DNA of 64,000 nucleotides from assembly GCA_034440135.1 (NCBI GenBank), contig JAWXBP010000256.1, positions 10,579-74,578 of the forward strand, written 5' to 3'. The translations under genes were made by a program, and so were the position numbers. The stretch is from Planctomycetia bacterium. GTDB lineage: Bacteria; Planctomycetota; Planctomycetia; Pirellulales; JALHLM01. Numbering within the stretch: the stretch's first letter is position 1; every line of letters begins with the position of its first letter. The notes below the pieces were generated by a model. That model did not search any database and was not told the origin of the DNA. It worked only from the letters and a program-made list of their open reading frames with translations. Positions 9,115 to 17,040 of the stretch are shown one piece after another.

Positions 9115-10215
9115 TTATCGCAATCGCCCGGAAACATAGACGTCTCCATCCAGCACTTGAATGTGAGCGTCACGGAACGAATGCGCCGCCGACATATTGG
9201 GAATTCCGACGCCTGCGATTGCCGACGGCGCCGCTTCACCGCCCACCAGCTTCGGTGCGATGAAGGCGTGCACTTCGTTGATCAGATCGTAGTGAAACGC
9301 CTCGCCCAGCAACTTTGCCCCGCCTTCGATCAGCACGTTCGTCCAGCGCCGCCGCCCCATTTCTGCGAGCAACGAATCCAGCCGTTCAAAGTGCGAGTCT
9401 CCTTGGCAAAAAAGCACCTCGCAGCCGTGTGAGCGTAGCAGGTCGCGCCGCTCCGACGGCGCCGATTCGCTGACCGCGATCAATACCGGCCAATCGCGTG
9501 CGGTATGCACCAGTTGCGACGAGGTCGCGATTTGCGCTAAGGAATCCAGCACGACGCGTGTTGCGCGGCGCGGGCCTTCCGGACGGGCCGTGAGCAGCGG
9601 GTCGTCATGTTCCACCGTGCCGCGGCCGACGAGGATCGCGTCCATCCGGCCGCGCAGCTCATGCACGATGGCCCGCGAACATTCGTTCGAAATCCAGCGA
9701 CTGTCGCCCGCTTCCGTGGCGATCTTCCCGTCCAGCGTCATGGCCCACTTGGCGATCACCCAAGGCCGCGCAGTGCTGAGCAACCACAAATAGGGCTCAT
9801 TCAACGCTTCGGCCTCGGCTTCCAGCACGCCCGATACGACTTCCACGCCGGCCGCTTGTAGCTGTGCGAATCCACCGCCATCGACCGCGGGGAAAGGATC
9901 GCGCATCGCGGCGACGACGCGGCGCACGCCGGATTTTAAGATGGCATCCGTGCAGGGCGGCGTCTTACCTTGATGGCAACACGGCTCGAGCGTGACGTAA
10001 AGTGTCGCGCCGCGGGCGCGTTCCCTGGCAAGTGCGAGCGCCTCGATCTCGGCATGTGGTCCGCCGTAGCGACGGTGCCAACCTTCGCCGAGCAATTCCG
10101 CGCCGCGCGCCACAATGCAGCCGACCATGGGATTCGGCTCGACGGCGCCTTGGCCTCGCCTGGCAAGTTCCAACGCCCGCGCCATGTGCCAGCGATCGAG
10201 GGCGAGCTGATCCAT
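9115..10215 (-). CDS. ribD: bifunctional diaminohydroxyphosphoribosylaminopyrimidine deaminase / 5-amino-6-(5-phosphoribosylamino)uracil reductase
   Basis: Deaminase zinc motifs HAEIEAL and TLEPCCHQGKTPPC, followed by the reductase domain (WVIAKWAMTLDGKIAT...). Confidence 0.9.
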   Translation of the reverse strand: MDQLALDRWHMARALELARRGQGAVEPNPMVGCIVARGAELLGEGWHRRYGGPHAEIEALALARERARGATLYVTLEPCCHQGKTPPCTDAILKSGVRRVVAAMRDPFPAVDGGGFAQLQAAGVEVVSGVLEAEAEALNEPYLWLLSTARPWVIAKWAMTLDGKIATEAGDSRWISNECSRAIVHELRGRMDAILVGRGTVEHDDPLLTARPEGPRRATRVVLDSLAQIATSSQLVHTARDWPVLIAVSESAPSERRDLLRSHGCEVLFCQGDSHFERLDSLLAEMGRRRWTNVLIEGGAKLLGEAFHYDLINEVHAFIAPKLVGGEAAPSAIAGVGIPNMSAAHSFRDAHIQVLDGDVYVSGRLR

Positions 10216-10282
10216 GGTGGGAACGGCCTGAGTTCGATTTCCAAATCGTGCGGCAGCGTTGTCAATTGGATCGCGACCGGAC

Positions 10283-11824
10283 TTAATCCTCCATGAAGCG
10301 ATCGAGCAGCTGAGTGTAAAGCGGATCTTGCGGCAGTTCCTCGTTGAGCTTGTCCAGGACTCCAGACTGATAGCGCCGAATCATTTGCGCCACTTCGTCG
10401 CCGACCGTGCCGTCTTCGGCCATTTTAGGATGGGCCGCGAACGCCGTCTTCCATTGCGCCAACGAGCCGGCGTAGTATTCCTTGGCCTGCTCCAAGTTGC
10501 CTTGCTCGACCGCCTGATCGGCGGCGTACGCGAGGCGGCGGGCTTCGATCGTGTCGTCCCGGATTTCCAATCGGCCGCGTTCACGCCAGTAATCGAAATT
10601 GATGACGCCGCGGAAATACTCGATCCCCATGATTTCTCGCTGCAATGCCGCGATCTTCTCGCCGACTTTCTTGCCTTCCGCGAGTTTATCCGCCGGCAGC
10701 CGTGGCGGGATTTCGTCGTAGTTCACAAAGATTTCGCTGATGGCGCTGGCCGCCAGTTGATACTGCTCCTGCGTCTTTTCTTCGTCGGGCGTTTTCAAGG
10801 CCTCTTGGCTTTCCTGCGAGAGCTTCAACAACTTTTCGTCCACAAGCTCCTGCCTGAGCCCCGGCTTCAAGGCGTCGAGCTCCGCCACAAGTTCGTTGAA
10901 CACGACCATCCGCGGTTCCCAATCGTTGAGTCGAACGTTGAGATCCACTTCCGAGACCAACGGGCGGTTGCCGTACTCGGTCCATTCGCGGCTGCCGTCT
11001 TCCCAGGCGCCCTTTGCGGCCGGGCCGAAGGCGCCGTCGACTTCGAGGGCCTCGGCGTAGTTGTGTTGCGCCATGGGGGCGCTGGAGAAGTATTGGAAAT
11101 CGGCCATGCCGATCAGATCGGCCGTGCCCTGGTCGATCATGTCGGCGCCGGCGACGTACCAGGCCTTGCCCATGAGCCAGTTGTCGCGCCGCCCGCGGTG
11201 AACGCCGCGGGCCTTGTCATCCGGGATGTTGGCGTCGAGAAAATCGAACAAATCGTCATTGCGATCGGCAAACAGCTTGCGGAATTCGCGGTGCTCGTCG
11301 GCGCGGCCGAGCTTCTGGCCGGTAAACCAACCCATGTCCCAGATCATCCGCGCTTCGCGCCGATTCTTGGTCGTCCCTTCATGCAGGAACTGGATGCCTT
11401 CCTTCACGCAGCGATAACGCTGCTTGAAATCGTCCCATTCGGCCGAGATGTTGTACGACAGATTCCAGGCCTGGTGGCGCCAGACGCCCGTGAAGTGCGG
11501 TTGCAGCTTGGACAGCTCTTCCAGCGTGACGCGCTGATCGTCCCACTGTTTGCGCTTCTCTTGCTCCTGCTTGCGGTGATAAAGCATGGTGATCGCCGGT
11601 GCGCGGAGGCCGAACATCACCAGCTTGACGCTTTCCGCCGTGGGATCGATCTCGCCCAGGCTGGCCTCGCTGATGTCGTTGTCCTTGCGCAACTCCGCCA
11701 GCACGCCGCCGCCGCTGCCGTCCGACTTCTTGGCCGGCATCCCGATCAGCGAGAGCGGCACCAACAAGAGCACGATCAGGCCCAGGTAGGTGACTTTGCG
11801 AAAAAACGCGGCACGAGGATTCAT
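10283..11824 (-). CDS. hypothetical membrane-anchored protein co-transcribed with the ABC transporter
   Basis: 513 aa with one N-terminal TM (VTYLGLIVLLLVPLSLIG) and a mostly helical, charged body. Its start overlaps the stop of the upstream permease gene by 4 nt (11821-11824). I recognise no family. Confidence 0.6.
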   Translation of the reverse strand: MNPRAAFFRKVTYLGLIVLLLVPLSLIGMPAKKSDGSGGGVLAELRKDNDISEASLGEIDPTAESVKLVMFGLRAPAITMLYHRKQEQEKRKQWDDQRVTLEELSKLQPHFTGVWRHQAWNLSYNISAEWDDFKQRYRCVKEGIQFLHEGTTKNRREARMIWDMGWFTGQKLGRADEHREFRKLFADRNDDLFDFLDANIPDDKARGVHRGRRDNWLMGKAWYVAGADMIDQGTADLIGMADFQYFSSAPMAQHNYAEALEVDGAFGPAAKGAWEDGSREWTEYGNRPLVSEVDLNVRLNDWEPRMVVFNELVAELDALKPGLRQELVDEKLLKLSQESQEALKTPDEEKTQEQYQLAASAISEIFVNYDEIPPRLPADKLAEGKKVGEKIAALQREIMGIEYFRGVINFDYWRERGRLEIRDDTIEARRLAYAADQAVEQGNLEQAKEYYAGSLAQWKTAFAAHPKMAEDGTVGDEVAQMIRRYQSGVLDKLNEELPQDPLYTQLLDRFMED

Positions 11825-13641
11825 TTCGCCAACTCACGCAATTTCAGGAAGAAGTAGCCGGCGACGGCAATCGGCACGAAGTACGCCACGGCGGCCGTCA
11901 ACTGCATCAGCATCGCGTCGCCGCCGATGTCGTAGCCGTTGGCCACCGCGCCGACATTATAGAACTGGGAAAAATCCGGCAGGATGTACGAGACCACGCG
12001 CAGAAATCTGTTCGCCACGTGATCGGCGCTCTTCACCACTTCCGTGCTGACCGTGGCGTCCAGTTGCTGCGTCAGGTTTTCCTGCTTGGCGATGCGAATC
12101 ATCGACTCGAACACGCCGCCGCCAAGGTTCTGCCCCGTGGCGATGTTGACCAGCATGTCCGTGAAGAAGCCCAGCACCAGACACCCGATGGTGGACAACA
12201 GCGACACGGCCGTATTAACGATCGTGCTCCACATCACGCCCACGGTGGTGGCGAGCACCATTTGGAACCAGATGCCCAGGCAGCCCTTGGCGTAGTTCCA
12301 AAGAAACGGCTGCTCGCCCGCCAGCAGGTACACGTCGTTGCGGCCCACGCCGAAATACTGCGCTGGCTCTTCGCAGGAGAGTTCCACGACAATTTGCCCG
12401 TCCCGAACGATGTCGCGGAACAGCTCCATCTCCTTGCCGTCGGCAGTGGTCCACTTGCGCGGAATATACTTGCGATCGGAGACGAATTCCTTCGCCGTGA
12501 AGAATTGCTCTTCCGCCTTGGCTTCCAGATTGCCGGGACGGTGGACTTGCAGGCTGCCGAGAATGCCGCGGGTGATATCGCCCTTATAGCTGCGGAACAC
12601 GCCGAGGTTCAGCTCGATCGGTACTCCCAGCGGATATTGATCTTCCGGGAACAATTCGGGGCGCAGCCCGCTGAAGGTGTAGATCGCCTTGGCCTGCGTG
12701 GCGCCTTCGATGAACTTGCGGTATTCCCATTCATCGCCGACGTTGACGCCGCCCCCTTCGCCGCCTTCGCGGGTCGTGAATTTCAAATCACCGATGATCG
12801 GCACACGTGCCTGAAACACGCCGAGCGGGCCAGTAACGGCGTAGGTCGCCGGAGCGTCTCCCTCGCCCGGCAGTAACGTGATTTCGTGGTAGTGACCGCG
12901 CTCGACCGAGGTGGCGCCGTGGCCTTCCTTGTCCAGCGAAAAATAGTGTGAATGGCCGCTGTCGTCGCGAATCGTGCCTTCGTAGCCGATCACGGCGCCG
13001 TCACGTTGATCGGTCAACGTGGTCACGGCCGTCGGATCGATCGAATGTCCGTGGGTCACGGCGCGGACGGCGAAGACATAGCCGATCAGCGAAGCCACGA
13101 CCAGCAGCGTCGTGCCGACGGTCGAAAAGCCAATGATCCGCCCCAGGATGATCTCACTCGCGCGCACCGGCTTGGTGACGATGGTATAGATGGTCCGCTG
13201 GGCGATATCGGTCGGCAAACTGAAAGCGCTTAAGAAGCAACACACGGCGATCACCAGCACCGCGGTGATGAACATCAGATAGTCGATGTAGGCGGTGACG
13301 GCGCGATCGCGCATGAACCAGGAGAGAAACATCACCGCCACGACGAACACGGCTAGCGCCACCAGCACCCAACGGCTGAGCGATTCTTGGATGGCCAGCC
13401 GCGCCAATGCGCCGACGCGTCGCGGTGAGATGCGGAACAGGTCGCCGGCGGCGTCGCGTAGCACGCCATACATCACGCGCTCGGTCCGCCACGGACCGTT
13501 CAGAATCGTGCCGATCAGGAACGAAGCGGCGACCACGACCAAGGCCAGGATGCCGACGACCATCACCCATTGCAGCGAAGCGCTGCCGATCCAGTCGAAG
13601 TACCGTAGCGGCGTGTTTTCAATCACGTAAGACAGCAACAT
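11821..13641 (-). CDS. ABC-2-type transporter permease with large extracytoplasmic insert
   Basis: Multiple TM helices, a TKPVRASEIILGRIIG motif typical of ABC-2 permeases, and a ~230-aa soluble insert. It lies downstream of the ABC ATPase on the same strand. Confidence 0.6.
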   Translation of the reverse strand: MLLSYVIENTPLRYFDWIGSASLQWVMVVGILALVVVAASFLIGTILNGPWRTERVMYGVLRDAAGDLFRISPRRVGALARLAIQESLSRWVLVALAVFVVAVMFLSWFMRDRAVTAYIDYLMFITAVLVIAVCCFLSAFSLPTDIAQRTIYTIVTKPVRASEIILGRIIGFSTVGTTLLVVASLIGYVFAVRAVTHGHSIDPTAVTTLTDQRDGAVIGYEGTIRDDSGHSHYFSLDKEGHGATSVERGHYHEITLLPGEGDAPATYAVTGPLGVFQARVPIIGDLKFTTREGGEGGGVNVGDEWEYRKFIEGATQAKAIYTFSGLRPELFPEDQYPLGVPIELNLGVFRSYKGDITRGILGSLQVHRPGNLEAKAEEQFFTAKEFVSDRKYIPRKWTTADGKEMELFRDIVRDGQIVVELSCEEPAQYFGVGRNDVYLLAGEQPFLWNYAKGCLGIWFQMVLATTVGVMWSTIVNTAVSLLSTIGCLVLGFFTDMLVNIATGQNLGGGVFESMIRIAKQENLTQQLDATVSTEVVKSADHVANRFLRVVSYILPDFSQFYNVGAVANGYDIGGDAMLMQLTAAVAYFVPIAVAGYFFLKLRELAK

Positions 13642-13728
13642 GACGTTATCGCGAATTCATCTTGAGTTCGAATAGAAAGGGGATGCTCATCGGGGCCGTC
13701 GGGCTAAGCGCCCTCACGGCAGCTGCTC

Positions 13729-13831
13729 CACTAGCCCGACGCGCAAGCGAGGGGGAGCGGACGCGGAAACAAATGACACGTCTCACTCAAATCAATCGTC
13801 AACTCCCCCTCGCTTGCGCGTCGGGCTAGTG
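13729..13831. repeat. Family B palindromic element, copy B1
   Basis: CACTAGCCCGACGCGCAAGCGAGGGGGAG, a 45-nt spacer, then CTCCCCCTCGCTTGCGCGTCGGGCTAGTG. It lies between the ABC ATPase and permease genes of one operon. Confidence 0.9.
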
Positions 13832-13852
13832 TGGTTCTCTTGATGCTTGTAC

Positions 13853-14770
13853 TTAGTTGCGAATCCGTTTGCCGGGACGCGCCTCGCTGTCGCGGACGAT
13901 TTCCAGGAACAGGTCTTCCAGCGTGCTGCTGGGATGCCCGATCGAAATCGTCTCGGCGTGATGGCGACGGATGACGTCCTGGATTTCCTGCTTGGCCGCT
14001 TCGCTCAATCCCTTGGCCTGGATCTCGGTCACGTCCTGCTGCATCAGCAAGTCGTCGACGCGGCCCAATTCTTTGAGCTCGCCTTGATGCAGAATGGCGA
14101 TACGGTCGCAGACGTCCTGTACGTCGGCCAGCAAGTGGCTGCACATCACGACCGTCTTGCCCTGTTCCTTGAGCCGGATGATCAGCTCTTTCATTTCTCG
14201 CGTGCCGATCGGGTCGAGGCCGCTGGTCGGCTCGTCGAGCAGGATTAGTTCTGGATCGTTGATCAGCGCCTGGGCGAGGCCGATGCGGCGCGTCATACCT
14301 TTGGAGTATTCGCGCAATTGGCGCTTTTTTGCCCAATTCAATTTGACCATATCGATCAACTCCGCCGTCCGTTGCCGGCGGGTTTCCTTCGACATGTTGA
14401 ACAGCCGCCCGTAGAAATCGAGCGTTTCTTCGGCGTTCAAGAAGCGATACAGATACGACTCCTCGGGCAGGTAGCCGAGGCGTTCGTTCTTGGTCACATC
14501 CGTGGCTTCCTTGCCGAAGATCAACGCTTGACCGCTGGTGGGGAACAAGAGTCCGAGCAGCAGCTTGAGCGTCGTCGACTTGCCTGAGCCGTTCGGCCCG
14601 AGCAGTCCAAAGATCTCGCCGCGGCGGACTTCCAGGTCCAATGCGTTCAAGGCCCGCACTTTTTGGCGGCCCCAGAAATCGCGATAGACCTTGGTCAGGT
14701 TGCGGGTCTCGATGACCACGTCGGTCTGCTGGGCCGGTTCAACAACCGGAGCGGTGACCACAGCCCCCAT
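13853..14770 (-). CDS. ABC transporter ATP-binding protein
   Basis: Walker [14 protein letters not shown], signature-like [15 protein letters not shown], and Walker [13 protein letters not shown]. Confidence 0.9.
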   Translation of the reverse strand: MGAVVTAPVVEPAQQTDVVIETRNLTKVYRDFWGRQKVRALNALDLEVRRGEIFGLLGPNGSGKSTTLKLLLGLLFPTSGQALIFGKEATDVTKNERLGYLPEESYLYRFLNAEETLDFYGRLFNMSKETRRQRTAELIDMVKLNWAKKRQLREYSKGMTRRIGLAQALINDPELILLDEPTSGLDPIGTREMKELIIRLKEQGKTVVMCSHLLADVQDVCDRIAILHQGELKELGRVDDLLMQQDVTEIQAKGLSEAAKQEIQDVIRRHHAETISIGHPSSTLEDLFLEIVRDSEARPGKRIRN

Positions 14771-15131
14771 AGGGAAGGCTCCCTCTCAGGAAATATGACT
14801 AGACGGATGGAATCAGCAATGAAGTGGACCCGGCTCAAGCGGAGAACGGCTCATCCGGCGCGAACGGCGGACAAGGAACAACTGCCGGACTCGGCGATGG
14901 AGCAGCGCCCGCGCCAAGGCAACACGTGCCCGGAAATCGGCGCAACTCTCGAAAAGACCGGCAGCTAATCTAGTCCTACGACGCCGCGTCGCACGAGGTT
15001 CGAAATCTCCCTGCGAAGCCCGGCTTGCCCCCGGGACTCACCACAACCGGCCAAGGAAGGTCTTACTATAAGTGGGCGCGTGGGGAGTGACAAGCCAACG
15101 GCGCATCGCGCCAGGGCGGAATAGCACTCGC

Positions 15132-15237
15132 CTGTGGGAGGCGTCTCCGACGCCGATGCGAACGACGTGAGCACCGCGCTACCGGATTTTCTCGTACAAA
15201 ACGCCAAATTCAGCGGCGTCGGAGACGCCTCCCACAG
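15132..15237. repeat. Family A palindromic element, copy A1
   Basis: CTGTGGGAGGCGTCTCCGACGCCGAT, a 54-nt spacer, then AGCGGCGTCGGAGACGCCTCCCACAG. Intergenic. Confidence 0.9.
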
Positions 15238-15289
15238 TCGTTCTAGCGGCTTACGCGAAGCAACCGATTCGCGCTGCCGCAAATCTCCC

Positions 15290-15425
15290 CTACGTCGAAA
15301 AATCCAGACTTTTCGGTCTAGAACGCCAGTTACGCGTCTCAGGGCGGATTTGAGGCGCGAGGGGATTTTCGTGTCCGCAGATTCTTTGGGAAGTGATGCC
15401 ACGCTCGACCCGGCGGGTCGTGACT
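15290..15425 (+). repeat. Direct repeat DR-left (copy of the ketosynthase leader and first codons)
   Basis: CTACGTCGAAAAATCCAGACTTTTCGGTCTAGAACGCCAGTTACGCGTCTCAGGGCGGATTTGAGGCG... aligns by eye at roughly 80% identity with 16907-17040. Confidence 0.85.
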
Positions 15426-15461
15426 AATGGTCTCAGGACAGCCGCCGCCCTGACAGCTTAA
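15393..15461 (+). pseudogene. 22-codon remnant duplicating the 5' end of the ketosynthase-like gene at 17008
   Basis: GTG ATG CCA CGC TCG ACC CGG CGG GTC GTG ACT... gives VMPRSTRRVVTNGL..., versus MTPRSARRVVITGLG at 17008. It is preceded by the same ~100-nt leader (direct repeat 15290-15425 vs 16907-17040) and ends at a TAA after 22 codons. Confidence 0.5.
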
Positions 15462-15502
15462 TTCTAATTCTGGGTGGATCACCAAGCCCGCGATGTCCTC
15501 GC

Positions 15503-16615
15503 TCAGGCCCCACGTCGCAGGAGCGCCGCATACAGTTGATGAATAAACGCCGCGTTATCGCATTGCAAATACTGCATGGAGCCCCCCATGCGTGAATAAC
15601 TTTTGCAGAAGCGGAGATAGTATGCAGGGTTGGATTTCGGCGGCTCTCCGTGAGTCCAATCCCAGCCGCCGCCGTCTTGTAAGTCGACGACGAAGATCGA
15701 TTGCCGGGTGAGGACCTGACGACCTTCCTGCAACCGCAGATTGTTCACGCAGCTCACCGTCTTCTCAAACACCTGCGGGCCCATGATCGCGGAGCCGACC
15801 GAGAGGACCACGCCGTCGTCCAGACCGGCGACCGATCCGGCGAAGAGCTTGAAGTCCCATTCCGCGGCGCGGCCGATCGCCGAGCCGCTGAACACCGAAT
15901 GGTTCGAGATGATGTCGTAGCCGATCCCCGGATGCACTGTCACCGGAACGCCATGGCGATACGCCTGGGCGATGATCGACGCGTGCTTCCAGCGATGCTC
16001 GATGGTGATCCGCCCGGCCGGCCATGCTTGTTCGCGCATCGCCCGCAACAAATCCGCGCGCGCCGAAGTGAGCGGATGCTCCGGATCGCGTGCAATCGCT
16101 TGCGTCAGCGCGTCGGCTTCCGGCAGCGTCACGCCATCCTCATGAATCAAACGCCCGAGCGCCCGCCCGTAGCCGAGTCCGTCCTGTGCGCCGGTCAAGA
16201 TCGCCAGATGAATGTTGGTGGCTGTCTCATGCCAGGTTCCAAATGTGCCCGAGGCCACGTTCATTTCGACGCTCTCGGTCGACGCGCCGAACCAGGCGTA
16301 CTCCCAATCGTGAATGGTTCCCGCGCCGTTCGTGGCCAAATGCGTCAGCCAGCCGCGCGCCATCATCCGCTCCAAAATCTGTGCGGCGCCGTTCCTCAAT
16401 AGGTGCGCGCCGTAGATCAGCATGATCGACGCTTCCCGCTCCTGGGCGAAGAGAATCCGCTCGGCGCATTGGTCGATCGTCGCTTGATTGGCCGCGGACA
16501 CCGGCTTCGGCGGCGACGCGGGATCGACCAGAATGTCATCCGCGCGTGTCAGATGATGCCGATCCTTCAGCGGAAAGACCTTGAGTTTGCGCAGATCGAG
16601 CGGCTGGATATTCAT
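15503..16615 (-). CDS. deoxyhypusine synthase-like (DHS family) protein, tentative
   Basis: IMLIYGAHLLRNGAAQILERMMARGWLTHLATNGAGTIHDWEYAWFGASTESVEMNVASGTFGTWHET resembles bacterial DHS-like family proteins as I recall them. No alignment was possible. Confidence 0.5.
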   Translation of the reverse strand: MNIQPLDLRKLKVFPLKDRHHLTRADDILVDPASPPKPVSAANQATIDQCAERILFAQEREASIMLIYGAHLLRNGAAQILERMMARGWLTHLATNGAGTIHDWEYAWFGASTESVEMNVASGTFGTWHETATNIHLAILTGAQDGLGYGRALGRLIHEDGVTLPEADALTQAIARDPEHPLTSARADLLRAMREQAWPAGRITIEHRWKHASIIAQAYRHGVPVTVHPGIGYDIISNHSVFSGSAIGRAAEWDFKLFAGSVAGLDDGVVLSVGSAIMGPQVFEKTVSCVNNLRLQEGRQVLTRQSIFVVDLQDGGGWDWTHGEPPKSNPAYYLRFCKSYSRMGGSMQYLQCDNAAFIHQLYAALLRRGA

Positions 16616-16709
16616 GAAACAAGGCCTGGCGCAGGTAGCCGTAAGAGGGCGGACCGGATTAGACGAAAGGACAATTGCTCAGTTTGAAAAACGGGCCCGG
16701 AGCATGGAT

Positions 16710-16787
16710 GGGTGCCACTGACGGCTCGTCCGCCAGTGCCGGAGTTGACGTCGCTACACACTGGCGGACGAGCCGTCAGTGGCACCC
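16710..16787. repeat. Palindromic element F1
   Basis: GGGTGCCACTGACGGCTCGTCCGCCAGTG, a 20-nt spacer, then CACTGGCGGACGAGCCGTCAGTGGCACCC (perfect 29-nt arms). Confidence 0.9.
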
Positions 16788-16906
16788 CAACTATGACTTC
16801 AAACAGGGCCAAGTATACCGGGCGTGTCCCCTCCACCCCATGCCGGCGTCGCGTGCGTCTGCAATGGACGCGAACGGGCGCCTTCCCACCTACCACGCCC
16901 CACCCC

Positions 16907-17040
16907 CTACCTCGACGAATCCAGACTTTTCGGTCTAGAATGCCAGTTCCGCGCCTCAGGGCGGATTTGGGGCGGGCAGCGATTATCGTGGCCGGAGGTT
17001 CGGGGAAGTGACACCACGTTCGGCCCGGCGGGTTGTGATT
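16907..17040 (+). repeat. Direct repeat DR-right (authentic leader and start of the ketosynthase-like gene)
   Basis: CTACCTCGACGAATCCAGACTTTTCGGTCTAGAATGCCAGTTCCGCGCCTCAGGGCGGATTTGGGGCG... It contains a TAGAAT -10-like hexamer. Confidence 0.85.

Noticed and set aside
10259-11857. 532-aa ORF on the plus strand
   Set aside because: It is antisense to the 513-aa minus-strand gene that is translationally coupled to the ABC permease. Its composition is Arg/Leu/Val-rich with no motifs, the typical shadow ORF of a high-GC genome.
14985-15030. GAGGTTCGAAATCTC, a T-loop-like motif suggesting a tRNA or tmRNA 3' end
   Set aside because: I found no complementary acceptor stem, D-arm or anticodon arm in the flanking 80 nt on either strand. 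There is no CCA-type end, and the tmRNA-like reading lacks a tag ORF and a 3' tRNA-like domain.
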